From NCBI GenBank assembly GCA_963802945.1, contig CAWDKY010000014.1, positions 96,001 to 160,000 of the forward strand: a stretch of DNA of 64,000 bases, written 5' to 3'. A program made the translations under genes and the position numbers. Below, one piece after another: positions 11,501-20,938 of the stretch. Within the stretch, counting starts at the first letter, position 1. Every line of letters begins with the position of its first letter. A model generated the notes under the pieces. The model had not been told where the DNA came from. It did not search any database and saw only the letters and a program-made list of their open reading frames with translations. The DNA is from an uncultured delta proteobacterium. Its GTDB lineage: Bacteria > Desulfobacterota > RBG-13-43-22.

Positions 11501-12955
11501 ACGCCACGCACGCATGAACCGCTGTTTCGCAACACGTTACGTGAGGCCGGGCTCAACCCGTATCTTTTTGAACTAGCTAATATCCGCGAACATGACTCCT
11601 GGGTGCATCGAAACGAACCGGAAGCGGCGACCCAAAAGGCCCTCGACCTGGTGCGCATGTCTGTTGCCCGGGCGCGGCTTTTGCAACCTTTAGCGGAAAC
11701 GCATTATCCGGTTGTTCAAAGGGCTTTGGTGATCGGAGGGGGACTGGCCGGACTAACGGCAGCTTTGACCATTGCCGAGCAAGGGTATGAGTCTGTGCTG
11801 ATAGAAAAAACACCTGAATTAGGAGGGAATGCCCGCACCCTATATTATACGGAAGACGGTGCGGATCCGGCCCAATATGTTCAGGACTTGATTCATAAAA
11901 TCAAAACAGAGCCGTTGATTACCGTCTACACCAAGGCCGAAGTGGTTGAAACCCAGGGCGTTTGTGGCCATTTGACCACCACGATTTTGAAGGAGGATGA
12001 AGCGAAAGAGATCGTTCATGGCGTGACCATTGTTGCTGTAGGCGGCCAGGAATACCAGCCCGAGGAATATCTTTATGGAAAAGACCACCGGGTGATGACT
12101 CGAAAGGAGTTTGAATCTCTGTTGGCTTTGAATCCCGAGGAGGCTAAACACTATTTGCGGGTAGTGATGATTCAGTGTGTGGGCTCCAGGGAACCCGATC
12201 ATCTCTATTGCAGCCGGGTATGTTGTACCGGGGCAGTGAAAAACAGTTTGAAGCTCAAATCGTTAAATCCGGATGCCCAGGTTTCGATTCTGTATAGAGA
12301 TATGCGTACTTTCGGATTTAGAGAAAGTTATTACTACCAGGCACGGCTCCAAGGGGTGCGCTTTTTCCCGTATGTGAGGGACCAGAAACCGGAAGTCACC
12401 TTGGAGAATAACGAGCTGCAGGTAAAGGTATTTGATCAACAACTTCGCCTTCCGGTGCAGTTGAAAGCGGACCTGCTGGTTTTGAATACGGCCATCCGAC
12501 CCAACCCCAAGGAGAAAGAACTGGCAGGAATCCTGCGTCTTCCCCTGGATCAGGATGGGTTTTTTATGGAGGCCCATCCGAAACTGAGGCCTCTGGATTT
12601 TATCAAACCGGGTTATTATTTGTGTGGTCTGGCCCAAGGGCCCAAGTTCGCTGCTGAGTCCATCACCCAGGCCCGGGGGGCCGCTGCCAGGGCTATGACC
12701 ATCCTTTCCAAAGAAATGATGACCGCCGAGGGGATGGTTGCCCAGGTGGATACGGATCTCTGCCGGGGTTGCTGCGAATGTGAGAAGGCCTGTTTGTTTG
12801 AGGCCATCCGTGTGGAACAAGACGAGGATGGGCGGAAGGCGGCTGTGGTCAACAAAAGCCTATGCACGGGGTGCGGGGCCTGTAATGTGGCTTGCCCTAC
12901 AGGTGCAGCATCTCCGGCCCATTTTCAGGATGACCAGATTGATGGGAATGATTAG
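8525..12955 (+). CDS. hdrA: Large HdrA-like flavo-Fe-S protein (HdrL type) with inserted GltD-like NAD(P)H-binding module; probable frameshift in the last codons
   Basis: GGGIAGIQAAL, LDKTFPTNDC, PCKQACPAG/NPFPAICGRVC, VIGGGNVAMD, two CVGSR..CSxVCC repeats, GVFVCHCG, ANIRE, C-terminal ferredoxin. Confidence 0.9.
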   Translation: MNNQIQKIGSITVIGGGIAGIQAALDAANSGFKVYLLEENSTVGGAMAQLDKTFPTNDCSSCMMGPKMVELANHPNIEILTRTSLEGIDGRPGNFTIKIKREPRFIREDRCTACGECARVCPVELPADFNLGLNSRKAVYQHFPQAVPAAFAIDKTGVSPCKQACPAGISVQGYISLIAQGRYQEALQLIKQNNPFPAICGRVCTHPCEEACNRRQLDEPVATEYLHRFVADLDLKAESPCLPAKKESKNKKVAVVGAGPGGLSAAYYLAVEGYEVCVFEAMAEPGGWMRYGIPEYRLPRNILQAEIEIIRKLGVQIRTGVSLGQDFSIGSLRQDGYAAVFLAVGTQNGRLLNVPGENLKNVYSGGDFLKAINSGQGLTLGTRVAVIGGGNVAMDAARTALRLGAQEVHVLYRRSRKEMPANEEEIAEAQEEGIQFHFLTAPVELLPNDVGRVGQIRCQRMKLGEPDSSGRPRPVPIPDSEYEMPIDCVISAIDFTTDLSCLDQDHENNKPAVTRRGTLVADPVTMATSIPGIFAGGDAVTGPATVVEAVRAGHEAAISIGRYLCGEDLAAGRGRDCRPAEIPAGPQASLQRTKMPQLAPDVRKRSFEEVQTGFNEAQAREEAKRCLQCGLCSECYRCLEVCTAQAVDHDMERCYEELQTGAVIVSAGFQPFDARLKPEYGYGLWPNVMTTLEYERMLSAAGPFSGRIQRLSDGKKVHRMAWILCVGSRDVGIDRNYCSSVCCMSATKQAMITKEHDPQIETAIFFIDLRAQGKGFDRFYERAESESGVRYVRSMVSRVVPIPETDRLQVTYSNDEHRIQMEEFDLVVLSVGLCAHPSAINLAERIGLELNPYGYCATHPLDSTATSRPGIFVAGVFQGPKDIPETVQQGSSAAGGATALLSDVRGSRISLPVQTPERDVTGELPRIGVFVCHCGTNIAGVVDVDRIVDYVKSLPNVIYAANAMFACSTDQQREIKRVIDEHRLNRLVVASCTPRTHEPLFRNTLREAGLNPYLFELANIREHDSWVHRNEPEAATQKALDLVRMSVARARLLQPLAETHYPVVQRALVIGGGLAGLTAALTIAEQGYESVLIEKTPELGGNARTLYYTEDGADPAQYVQDLIHKIKTEPLITVYTKAEVVETQGVCGHLTTTILKEDEAKEIVHGVTIVAVGGQEYQPEEYLYGKDHRVMTRKEFESLLALNPEEAKHYLRVVMIQCVGSREPDHLYCSRVCCTGAVKNSLKLKSLNPDAQVSILYRDMRTFGFRESYYYQARLQGVRFFPYVRDQKPEVTLENNELQVKVFDQQLRLPVQLKADLLVLNTAIRPNPKEKELAGILRLPLDQDGFFMEAHPKLRPLDFIKPGYYLCGLAQGPKFAAESITQARGAAARAMTILSKEMMTAEGMVAQVDTDLCRGCCECEKACLFEAIRVEQDEDGRKAAVVNKSLCTGCGACNVACPTGAASPAHFQDDQIDGND

Positions 12956-13139
12956 GGCGTTTCGTGAAAATAGGGTTTCAAAGATTCAGAGGTTTCGAGG
13001 ATTCAAGGTTATAATATCCGGTATACAGGTTCAGATCGGATTTCCGTGAATAGGACTTTAGAGCTCGGAACGTTAGACCTTGGCCTTGAACCTGCTAGAA
13101 TATGAGTCCTTGGAGTAAAATTGAATTTTGGAGCAATGC

Positions 13140-13668
13140 ATGTCTTTAACTGAACCACCTGAAATCATCGCCTTCGTTTGTCACTGGTGTGCCTATGCCG
13201 GGGCCGATCTGGCGGGGATTTCCCGTATCCAGTATCCGCCGAATGTACGTCTGGTGCGGGTCATGTGCACGGGACGAATTCATTCAGGCTTTCTCCTGCA
13301 TGCCTTTTTCGAAGGTGCGCAAGGCGTTTTGGTTTCCGGGTGTCACCTCGGCGACTGCCATTACCTGGAAGGTAATGTGAAATGCCAAAAGGTGATCGAA
13401 GAAACCTGGGAGTATCTGCGGCTGTTTAGGGATTGACGAAGGGCGGCTCAGGATCAAATGGATTTCCGCCTCGGAAGGGGCCGAGTTTGCCAAGGAGATC
13501 CAAGAGTTTGTTTCATTTCTCCAAGGGCTGGGAGAAAAACCTCTCGCCGATAAAAGAAAATGGGATCTTAAAGGACTGCCATCAGCGGATAATATCGGTC
13601 TTGATAAAGGGCCACCGCTGTTAAGAGATGAGCAGATTGCCAACCTGCATGGAATGCAGCAGTTGTAG
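13140..13668 (+). CDS. mvhD: MvhD-like [2Fe-2S] subunit; frameshift at ~13425, probably fused in frame to the downstream Fe-S/CCG gene
   Basis: FVCHWCAYAGAD, RVMCTGR, GCHLGDCHY; the +1 frame continues LGIDEGRLRIKWISASEGAEF and stays open to 13668. Confidence 0.85.
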
Positions 13669-14734
13669 CGGCACCTGCCCGGTCAGCCGTGAAAATCCTC
13701 TATTTTCCCCGAAACAGATCATTAATCGGACGGCCATGGGACTTGAGGCCGATATCCTTCAAAGCCGCGAGGTCTGGGCCTGTCTGGGGTGTGCTCAATG
13801 CAATACACGCTGTCCGGCCCTGATCGATATCTCGGAATTCAACCGCTCCTTTCGATACCGAGCACGGGAAGCCGGGAATCCGCCAATGGAAAGCCATCAC
13901 GGCATTCATCAAACCATTGCCCGATTGCAGAGGCATCCCCTTTCGCAAAAACGTACGGACTGGGCGGAAAAGACCGGGAATTTCAAATCAACCGGGGACT
14001 ATTTTTATTTTGTAGGCTGTTTGCCTTATTTTGATATCACCTTTCGCTATCTAAATATATCACCGCTGGAAAGTGCCCGAAGCGTACTGACTCTATTGAA
14101 TCGAATCGGAATCGAACCGGTCATCAGCAATGACGAAAGGTGCTGCGGGCACGATGCCCTTTGGTGCGGCGAAGAGGACACTTTCCTGGAGTTGGCCTTA
14201 TGGAACCTTGAGATCCTAAAGGCCTCGGGAGCCAAAACCGTCCTATTCAGTTGTCCGGAAGGCTATTCGACCTTTAAATATTATTATCCCAAATATGTTG
14301 GAGAACTGCCTTTCGAGGTTGTCCATCTGGCCGAATTTTTTGCCCGTGAAATACCCAAGTCAGGGTTGAAGCTGAAACCGTTTTCCGATGGTGCGGTCAC
14401 CTATCAGGACCCTTGCCGGTTGGGACGCTGGGCCGGGATTTATGAACCGCCCAGGGAATTAATAAAATTGGTTTCAGGAACGAAACTCATTGAAATGGAG
14501 AGGACCAGAGAGAATGCCCTGTGCTGCGGAACCAGCGCCTGGATGGAATGTTCCAGTTGTTCCAAGGTCATTCAGACCGAACGACTCATGGAAGCTCAGC
14601 AAACCGGTGCGAAGAAACTGATTACCGCTTGTCCTAAATGCCGGATTCATCTGACCTGTGCTAAACTGGGAGAAAATATTGATATCGGCGTGAAAGACAT
14701 TTATACTTTTTTGGCAGAACACCTAGAAGATTAG
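13628..14734 (+). CDS. HdrD/GlpC-like 2x[4Fe-4S] plus two-CCG-domain protein
   Basis: CMECSSCSGTCP, WACLGCAQCNTRCP, FVGC, ERCCG, TYQDPCRLGR, LCCG, TACPKC. Confidence 0.85.
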   Translation: MSRLPTCMECSSCSGTCPVSRENPLFSPKQIINRTAMGLEADILQSREVWACLGCAQCNTRCPALIDISEFNRSFRYRAREAGNPPMESHHGIHQTIARLQRHPLSQKRTDWAEKTGNFKSTGDYFYFVGCLPYFDITFRYLNISPLESARSVLTLLNRIGIEPVISNDERCCGHDALWCGEEDTFLELALWNLEILKASGAKTVLFSCPEGYSTFKYYYPKYVGELPFEVVHLAEFFAREIPKSGLKLKPFSDGAVTYQDPCRLGRWAGIYEPPRELIKLVSGTKLIEMERTRENALCCGTSAWMECSSCSKVIQTERLMEAQQTGAKKLITACPKCRIHLTCAKLGENIDIGVKDIYTFLAEHLED

Positions 14735-14776
14735 TAAAAACAAGTTCGGAGTTAAGAGTTCGGATAAAAAATCCTT

Positions 14777-14803
14777 CTGGACCCCGGCTTTCGCCGGGGT
14801 GAC
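14777..14803. repeat. Half copy of the GTCA...TGAC REP-like element
   Basis: CTGGACCCCGGCTTTCGCCGGGGTGAC. Confidence 0.65.
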
Positions 14804-14870
14804 GGTTTAGCGGCTTATGGCCCCATTATTTTTTACTCCGAACTAAATACTCTTTTTTGGGGAGGTAGAC

Positions 14871-16352
14871 ATGGCCAAATACATCGGTGCAGTCGATCTG
14901 GGTACGACCAGTAATCGTTTCATCGTTTTCGATCACACCGGCCAAATCGTCGGGCTGTCGCAAAAAGAACATCAACAGATCTTTCCCAAGCCGGGCTGGG
15001 TGGAACATGATCCCCTGGAGATCTGGAACAACACCCAGGAGGTCATCCGCGAAGCCTTGGCCAAAACCAATGTTACCGGAGATGATATTGCGGCCATCGG
15101 TGTGACCAACCAGCGCGAGACCACGGTTGTCTGGGAGAAAGCTACCGGCAAACCTATTTACAATGCCATCGTTTGGCAGGATACACGCACGGATGTTATC
15201 TGCAACGAACTGGCCAAGCATGGAGGTCAGAATCGATGGCGCGGGAAAACCGGCCTTCCTCTGACCACCTATTTTTCAGGCCCTAAAATAAAATGGATTC
15301 TGGACAACGTCCCAGGTGCCCAAGGGAAGGCGGAGAACGGCGAACTGCTTTTCGGAAATATCGATACTTGGTTCATCTGGAATCTGACCGGCGTGCACGT
15401 CACCGACGTAACCAATGCTTCGCGGACGCTCCTGATGAATCTGAACCATCTTGACTGGGATGATGAAATACTGCAGTTGCTGAATATCCCTCGGGCCATG
15501 CTGCCGAAGATTTGTTCATCATCGGAGGTCTATGGCCAGGCCAAGGGTATCCTCAAGGGTGTGCCGGTGGCTGGTGATCTGGGCGACCAGCAAGCGGCCC
15601 TGTTCGGACAGACCTGTTTCAATCCCGGCGAGGCCAAGAACACTTACGGAACCGGATGTTTTATGCTTCTGAATATGGGCGAACGTCCGGTCCCCAGTAC
15701 CAGCGGACTGCTGACCACCGTCGGTTATAAGATCGGCCATCAGAAGGCCGTTTATGCCCTGGAAGGTTCGATCGCTATCGCCGGCGCCCTGGTGCAATGG
15801 TTGCGCGACAACCTGGGCCTGGTTTCCAAATCAGCCGAGGTGGAGGCTTTGGCCCGCACGGTCGAAGACAACGGCGGTATTTATTTCGTACCGGCCTTTT
15901 CCGGGCTGTTTGCCCCTTACTGGAGGTCTGATGCCCGGGGAGTTATCGTCGGTCTGACGCGTTTCATCAATAAAGGTCATCTGGCACGGTCCGTGCTGGA
16001 AGCCACTGCCTTTCAGACCCGTGAGGTTCTTGATGCTATGGAAAAAGACTCGGGTGTACGGCTGAAGGCCCTCAAGGTGGACGGCGGGATGGTTTTCAAC
16101 GAACTGCTGATGCAATTCCAGGCGGATCTATTGGATGTGCCGGTTATCCGCCCAAAGGTCGCTGAAACCACAGCCCTGGGTGCCGCCTACGCCGCCGGGC
16201 TGGCCGTTGGTTTCTGGAAAAATCTCGATGAACTGCGACTCAACTGGGGAAAGGACAAAGAGTGGAAACCCCAAATGGACGTATCCAAACGTGACCAACT
16301 TTACGCCGGCTGGAAAAAAGCCGTCTCACGGACTTTCGACTGGATAGGATAA
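14871..16352 (+). CDS. glpK: Glycerol kinase
   Basis: [53 protein letters not shown]. Confidence 0.97.
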   Translation: MAKYIGAVDLGTTSNRFIVFDHTGQIVGLSQKEHQQIFPKPGWVEHDPLEIWNNTQEVIREALAKTNVTGDDIAAIGVTNQRETTVVWEKATGKPIYNAIVWQDTRTDVICNELAKHGGQNRWRGKTGLPLTTYFSGPKIKWILDNVPGAQGKAENGELLFGNIDTWFIWNLTGVHVTDVTNASRTLLMNLNHLDWDDEILQLLNIPRAMLPKICSSSEVYGQAKGILKGVPVAGDLGDQQAALFGQTCFNPGEAKNTYGTGCFMLLNMGERPVPSTSGLLTTVGYKIGHQKAVYALEGSIAIAGALVQWLRDNLGLVSKSAEVEALARTVEDNGGIYFVPAFSGLFAPYWRSDARGVIVGLTRFINKGHLARSVLEATAFQTREVLDAMEKDSGVRLKALKVDGGMVFNELLMQFQADLLDVPVIRPKVAETTALGAAYAAGLAVGFWKNLDELRLNWGKDKEWKPQMDVSKRDQLYAGWKKAVSRTFDWIG

Positions 16353-16517
16353 AAGCATCCGCTTGACTTTTTGCCTGTCTATCAGATATCTTTTAATTAA
16401 AGTTCGGATGTCGTTGGTTACCCTCGATCCGGGAATCGCCTCTGTGGCAGATAAAGGTAATAGGCAGCCGGAAGGCGGGGGAGTTTTTCTGAAGGGTGTG
16501 CCGAAAGGAGACTGACA

Positions 16518-17102
16518 TTGGATTTTCTGTCAATACTGCGGAACAAACCGGTCATTGCGGCCTTCAGGGATATCGAAAGCCTTCATTTTCAAAGTTTGAA
16601 TCATTCTGATGTTCTTTTTATCTTGGGGGGGACCATTTTTGAACTGCCCCGCATCGTAGAACAGGCAAAAAGGTATCAGAAACTGATTTTCGTCGATATC
16701 GATCTAATAAAGGGGATCGGAAAAGATGCCCCGGGAATCAGGTTTTTGGCTCAGCAGAGTCAGGTCAATGGAATCATCACCACTCGCAGCAATCTTATCA
16801 AAAGCGGGCAGAAAGAAGGTCTGATCTCCATTCAGAGGGTATTCGTTCTGGATTCGGAGTCTCTGAACGGAGGACTCGGGGTCATTGAAAAATCAGGTCC
16901 CGACGCCGTGGAAATCCTTCCCGGTCTGATTCTCCCCAAGGTCATGGAAAAAATAAGGCTAATTACCTCCATTCCGGTCATTGCCGGAGGGTTGATCACC
17001 CAGAAAGAAGAGATAGATGAAATTCTTGCCTCCGGGGCGATCGGGATATCTACCTCCTCATCCCACCTGTTTGATTTTAAGAGAAAGGGGAAGGATTCTT
17101 AG
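16518..17102 (+). CDS. glpP: Glycerol-3-phosphate-responsive antiterminator
   Basis: PVIAA, VDIDLIKGI, GIITTR, IQRVFVLDS, PDAVEILPG, PVIAGGLI, GAIGISTS; directly after glpK. Confidence 0.92.
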   Translation: MDFLSILRNKPVIAAFRDIESLHFQSLNHSDVLFILGGTIFELPRIVEQAKRYQKLIFVDIDLIKGIGKDAPGIRFLAQQSQVNGIITTRSNLIKSGQKEGLISIQRVFVLDSESLNGGLGVIEKSGPDAVEILPGLILPKVMEKIRLITSIPVIAGGLITQKEEIDEILASGAIGISTSSSHLFDFKRKGKDS

Positions 17103-17167
17103 GCTGCCTATCCATCGTCTCTCCCTGACCGAGAATAACTTAATGCTGTCCCTGGTTTTTTTCGCCA

Positions 17168-17209
17168 GGGGTTGTTAGCCAAGTCCGTTCTGCACGAACG
17201 TCCCGTCTT
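17168..17209. repeat. Partial copy of the right flank of repeat family R1
   Basis: GGGGTTGTTAGCCAAGTCCGTTCTGCACGAACGTCCCGTCTT closely matches 24771-24812. Confidence 0.7.
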
Positions 17210-17323
17210 ATTTCCTAGGTACGTGGTTGAACGACAATTTTATAAAAGCGGGGCTAACGTGGAACTGCAATAGAGTTGAAGATGTGTTTCAGCCATCGTT
17301 TTTATTTGGAGTTAAGGAATTAA

Positions 17324-18568
17324 ATGGTCAAAAAAATAAAAAATATCTTTTACGGCTGGTGGATAGTTATTGCCTCTTTTGTCTTGCTGGTCATAGCTGG
17401 GGGAACGGCCCTCTATGGCTTTACGGCTTTTTTTAACCCTATATCTTCGGAAATGAAGTGGGGGAGTGCGGCAGTATCTTTTGCTTTCTCTTTGAGGAGT
17501 GTCGAGGGTGGGGTTTTTCAACCTCTCATAGGTATTTTCGTCGAACGCCTTGGCGTCAGGAAATGTATCTTCGTCGGCCTAACGCTCATGGGGTTTTCGC
17601 TATTTCTTCTCAGTCGAATGACGTCGCTCACGATTTTTTATGTAGGTTTTGTGATCTTATCGTTAGGATTCACAATGGCTGCCGGTATTGCTGAATACAC
17701 GGCCGTAGCGAATTGGTTCAAGAAGCAACGTTCATTAGCCCTTGGCTTAGTTACAACCGGATGGGGCGTCTCCGGCCTAATGACGCCTATCATCGCCATG
17801 ATGATAAGCTTTGTCGGATGGCGTGAGACCATGTTTCTTCTGTGCCCCTTCATCATGGTGATTGGAATTCCCCTGTCTTTTATGATCAGAGACCGGCCCC
17901 AATCTTACGGGATGCAGCCGGATGGTGTCATGCTGGAAGAAAATCCCACGGAGACCGCTCATTTTCAAGAAGGGATGGGACTTACCCTGAAGGAAGGCCT
18001 GAAAACAAGGACGTTCTGGATGCTTTTTCTCTACACCTTCTGCATTGAGTTTGCCTTCAGTACTATTCCCGTGCAGGAAATGCCTCACCTGATCAATGTC
18101 GGCATATCGGAAAAATTGGCTGCCTTTACTATGGCCGGCTATGCTCTGGTAAGCCTGGTTGGCAGACTCTTTATTTCCTGGTTGGGCGACACTTACAGCA
18201 AGAAACATCTTCTCATAGTCTCAGCAGCCATGCAGGCTACCGGTTTTTTCATTTATGCCAAGATAAGCAGCCCCTGGATGATTATCCCCTTCATCATCCT
18301 CTACGGACCAGGCTTCGGCGCTACGACCCCCCTTCTTCCGGCGATTCAGGCCGACTATTTCGGAATCAGGTCCTTCGCCTCTCTTCGGGGTATGATGTCC
18401 ATAGGGTATGCTGTCCCAGGCATCATTGCTCCTGTTTTCGCCGGCTGGATATTTGATACCTATCACAGTTACACGATTGCTTTTCAAATCTACGCCTTAG
18501 TGGCGGCCCTGTCTATTCCGGCCTTGATGATGATACCAAAAAAATCAAAAACAGAAAATTCGGGATGA
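17324..18568 (+). CDS. MFS transporter (OFA/MCT-like)
   Basis: About 12 hydrophobic segments; FYGWWIV start, ERLGVR motif A, VANWFKKQR, ADYFG. Confidence 0.88.
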   Translation: MVKKIKNIFYGWWIVIASFVLLVIAGGTALYGFTAFFNPISSEMKWGSAAVSFAFSLRSVEGGVFQPLIGIFVERLGVRKCIFVGLTLMGFSLFLLSRMTSLTIFYVGFVILSLGFTMAAGIAEYTAVANWFKKQRSLALGLVTTGWGVSGLMTPIIAMMISFVGWRETMFLLCPFIMVIGIPLSFMIRDRPQSYGMQPDGVMLEENPTETAHFQEGMGLTLKEGLKTRTFWMLFLYTFCIEFAFSTIPVQEMPHLINVGISEKLAAFTMAGYALVSLVGRLFISWLGDTYSKKHLLIVSAAMQATGFFIYAKISSPWMIIPFIILYGPGFGATTPLLPAIQADYFGIRSFASLRGMMSIGYAVPGIIAPVFAGWIFDTYHSYTIAFQIYALVAALSIPALMMIPKKSKTENSG

Positions 18569-18595
18569 ACATAGGAATGGAAAGGAGAACTTATC

Positions 18596-19762
18596 ATGTA
18601 CACGGTTCATATCCATTTTACCAAACGACTGGCCAAGGTTCAGGAGGCCATTAAAAAGCATAATCTGGACATCCTGATCGGGACCCGTCTCAAGACCATT
18701 ACGCATGTCTGCGGCGCCTTCTGCCCCTGGCGGAGTGGGGTTATCATCCCGGCCTCAGGGGAGATCTGTCTGATACCTCCATCGATGGATGTGAATCGCC
18801 TGGCTCAGGAAGGCTGGCTTGAACAGGTGGAGGGATACGGCAAACTCACCTTGATGGAAACTATCATCCGGAAGATCCGAAGTCTGGGTCTGGAGGAGGG
18901 GAGAATAGGCTTCGAGAGCGGGTCTTCAGCCTACCTTCCCGAGGGTTACTTAAGCGTTTGGGAGTATCAGGAACTGCAGAAAGGGCTTCCGAAGGCCACC
19001 CTGATTAATGCGGTTGAGATCTTCGATCAGCTCACGCTGGTGAAGGAAGAAGCCGAAGTGCGGCTAATGAGACAGGCCACGGCCATCGTGGATACCGCCC
19101 ACGAGGAAGTGCGCAAATTTTTACGGCCCGGCGTAACCGAGAAACAAATTGCCGGGGTCGCGGAAAAGGTGATGCGGGATGTCGGCAGCGAATTCGCCTG
19201 GACCTTCACGGGCGGGCAGGAAGTGGCTTCCGGTTATCGGACTTGGACAGGGGCCTGCACCCCGGCCACGGATAAGATCGTCCAATACCATGAATTTGTT
19301 CTGCTCGATCTTCATGGCATGTACGGGCTGATGCTTGGAGACGTCTCACATAACGCCATTATGGGCCAGCCGGATGGCGCCCAGAGAAAGGTGATCGATG
19401 CCTACGTAAAAACCTGTGAGCGTATCGTGGAGGTCATGCGTCCGGGAAAGAGCCTGGGAGAAGTCGGCAGAGATGTCCGCGAATTTGTGGTGCGTAACGG
19501 CTGGGATAAGTTTATCCGGGGATTCGGTCATGGGATCGGTCATGCCGGCCATGAATGGTATCCCACGTTGACCGATATCAAAATTCCCCACGTCTCCGAA
19601 CCCGACTATGTCATCGAGCCCAATTACATACAGATGATTGCGGTTACGGCCAATCAGGTCGGTGTGGGCGGTTTAAGAATGGAAAGGCCCCTGCTCATGA
19701 CGGAGACAGGCAATGAACTGCTTTCCAAAATGCCTTTTGAGCCTTGGGTCATCGAAAGGTGA
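18596..19762 (+). CDS. M24 family (Xaa-Pro peptidase/creatinase-like) hydrolase
   Basis: Creatinase-like N-domain, LVKEEAEV, LDLHG..GDVSH, GHGIGH, GLRMER. Confidence 0.8.
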   Translation: MYTVHIHFTKRLAKVQEAIKKHNLDILIGTRLKTITHVCGAFCPWRSGVIIPASGEICLIPPSMDVNRLAQEGWLEQVEGYGKLTLMETIIRKIRSLGLEEGRIGFESGSSAYLPEGYLSVWEYQELQKGLPKATLINAVEIFDQLTLVKEEAEVRLMRQATAIVDTAHEEVRKFLRPGVTEKQIAGVAEKVMRDVGSEFAWTFTGGQEVASGYRTWTGACTPATDKIVQYHEFVLLDLHGMYGLMLGDVSHNAIMGQPDGAQRKVIDAYVKTCERIVEVMRPGKSLGEVGRDVREFVVRNGWDKFIRGFGHGIGHAGHEWYPTLTDIKIPHVSEPDYVIEPNYIQMIAVTANQVGVGGLRMERPLLMTETGNELLSKMPFEPWVIER

Positions 19763-19858
19763 TTTTTTGTTGTTAATAACGAAACCTTCTATAACATAAA
19801 TACTTTTTTTTAGTGAAGGGTGCAGCGCAACAAAGAAGATAGACTTTTTACGAAGTTG

Positions 19859-20906
19859 TCATTCTTCATACAAGGCCCTTTGCTCAGGGTTCATGTTTGA
19901 CAGATGCTTTTTAGCCTCTTCGGGCGAAACGGCCATTAAAGTACCGTCCGGCTCCTGAATGACTACCCCACTGTTGATGATCATTTTATAACGCTCCTGA
20001 CGCACCTGTTTGTCGGGGTGGCAGATAAACTGGCAGTGACCGCAGGTGAACTCAAGGAGGTTTCCGGGCATCAAGGCATGGTAAAGCCCATAATCCGCTT
20101 TTTTTCTGTTGCGATAAGCGGGGACCGCCTTTATCAAGGCGCCCAGAAATTCCTCATCCTTTTCAGGGATCGGGAAACGTCCCGGTGACCAGGTGGACCA
20201 CTTCCCGGATTGATGCAAACCGGTAAACCCTCCACAAACGTATTCGCAACGGTTGTAAGAACGACGCTTGGAATAATTGAAATTTCTATTCCCCAAGGTG
20301 ACCGTGGTTTCCTCATCCGAAGACATCAAACCGGATGCACAGGCGGACATACAAAGACGGCAGCTATCGCAGTAATTATCCTCAGGCGGTAAAGGATCGG
20401 TGGGGATCAGTTCCGCTTCGGTGACCACAGAGGCCAGAATGATGGCCGCCCCGACCTTATTCATAATGACATTACCGGACAGACCAAAGTAACCGATCCC
20501 TGACCTTACGGCCAGATAGCGGTGGGAAATAGGGGGTTTTTCATCATAAGGGCCGTTTGGAGTGTCTTTTCGATAAACGGTATTGGCCACTAACGGCACG
20601 GATTTATAGCCCTTCATATTCAGAAACTCCGACAACTCCAAAGCAAGGCCGCTGGCCATGTTATTGACCCGGCGGTTGTCAATGTTGGCCGAAGCCATAT
20701 CCTCTTTTTTCAAAAAACGTTCGATAGCTCTTTGATCTAACGGCACGGCAAAGACGACGGCCGACCTGGCCTCCGGAAGGACATAAGTCAGGTCTGTGGA
20801 GGGCGGCCCACCTTCAAGGGTTTCTGTGGTTGTAATCCCGACGGCAATAGCGCCCGAATTCTTAACTAAATTTTTCACATATCTGCGTTAATTGCTCCTT
20901 ATCCAT
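19859..20906 (-). CDS. QueG/reductive-dehalogenase-like Fe-S protein; frameshift near the N-terminus
   Basis: ISHRYLAVRSGIGYFGLSG, CDSCRLCMSAC, RCEYVC, TCGHCQFIC; ATG at 20906 with GGAGG is out of frame by 1 nt. Confidence 0.72.
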
Positions 20907-20938
20907 TTTTTCCTCCTTACCGTATAAATTTTATTCTC

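Noticed and set aside
8525-14734. Selenocysteine (TGA) recoding in HdrA or MvhD
   Set aside because: The positions often occupied by Sec are Ser or Cys codons here (NDCSSC, GCHLGDCH); the TGA at 13434 is explained by a frameshift because the MvhD motif continues in another frame.
17133-17258. attC-like fragments (GAATAAC..GTTAGCC..GGCTAAC), and similar at 27053-27095
   Set aside because: The inner boxes do not pair, so they are too degenerate to call; mentioned only as a hypothesis under the R1 finding.
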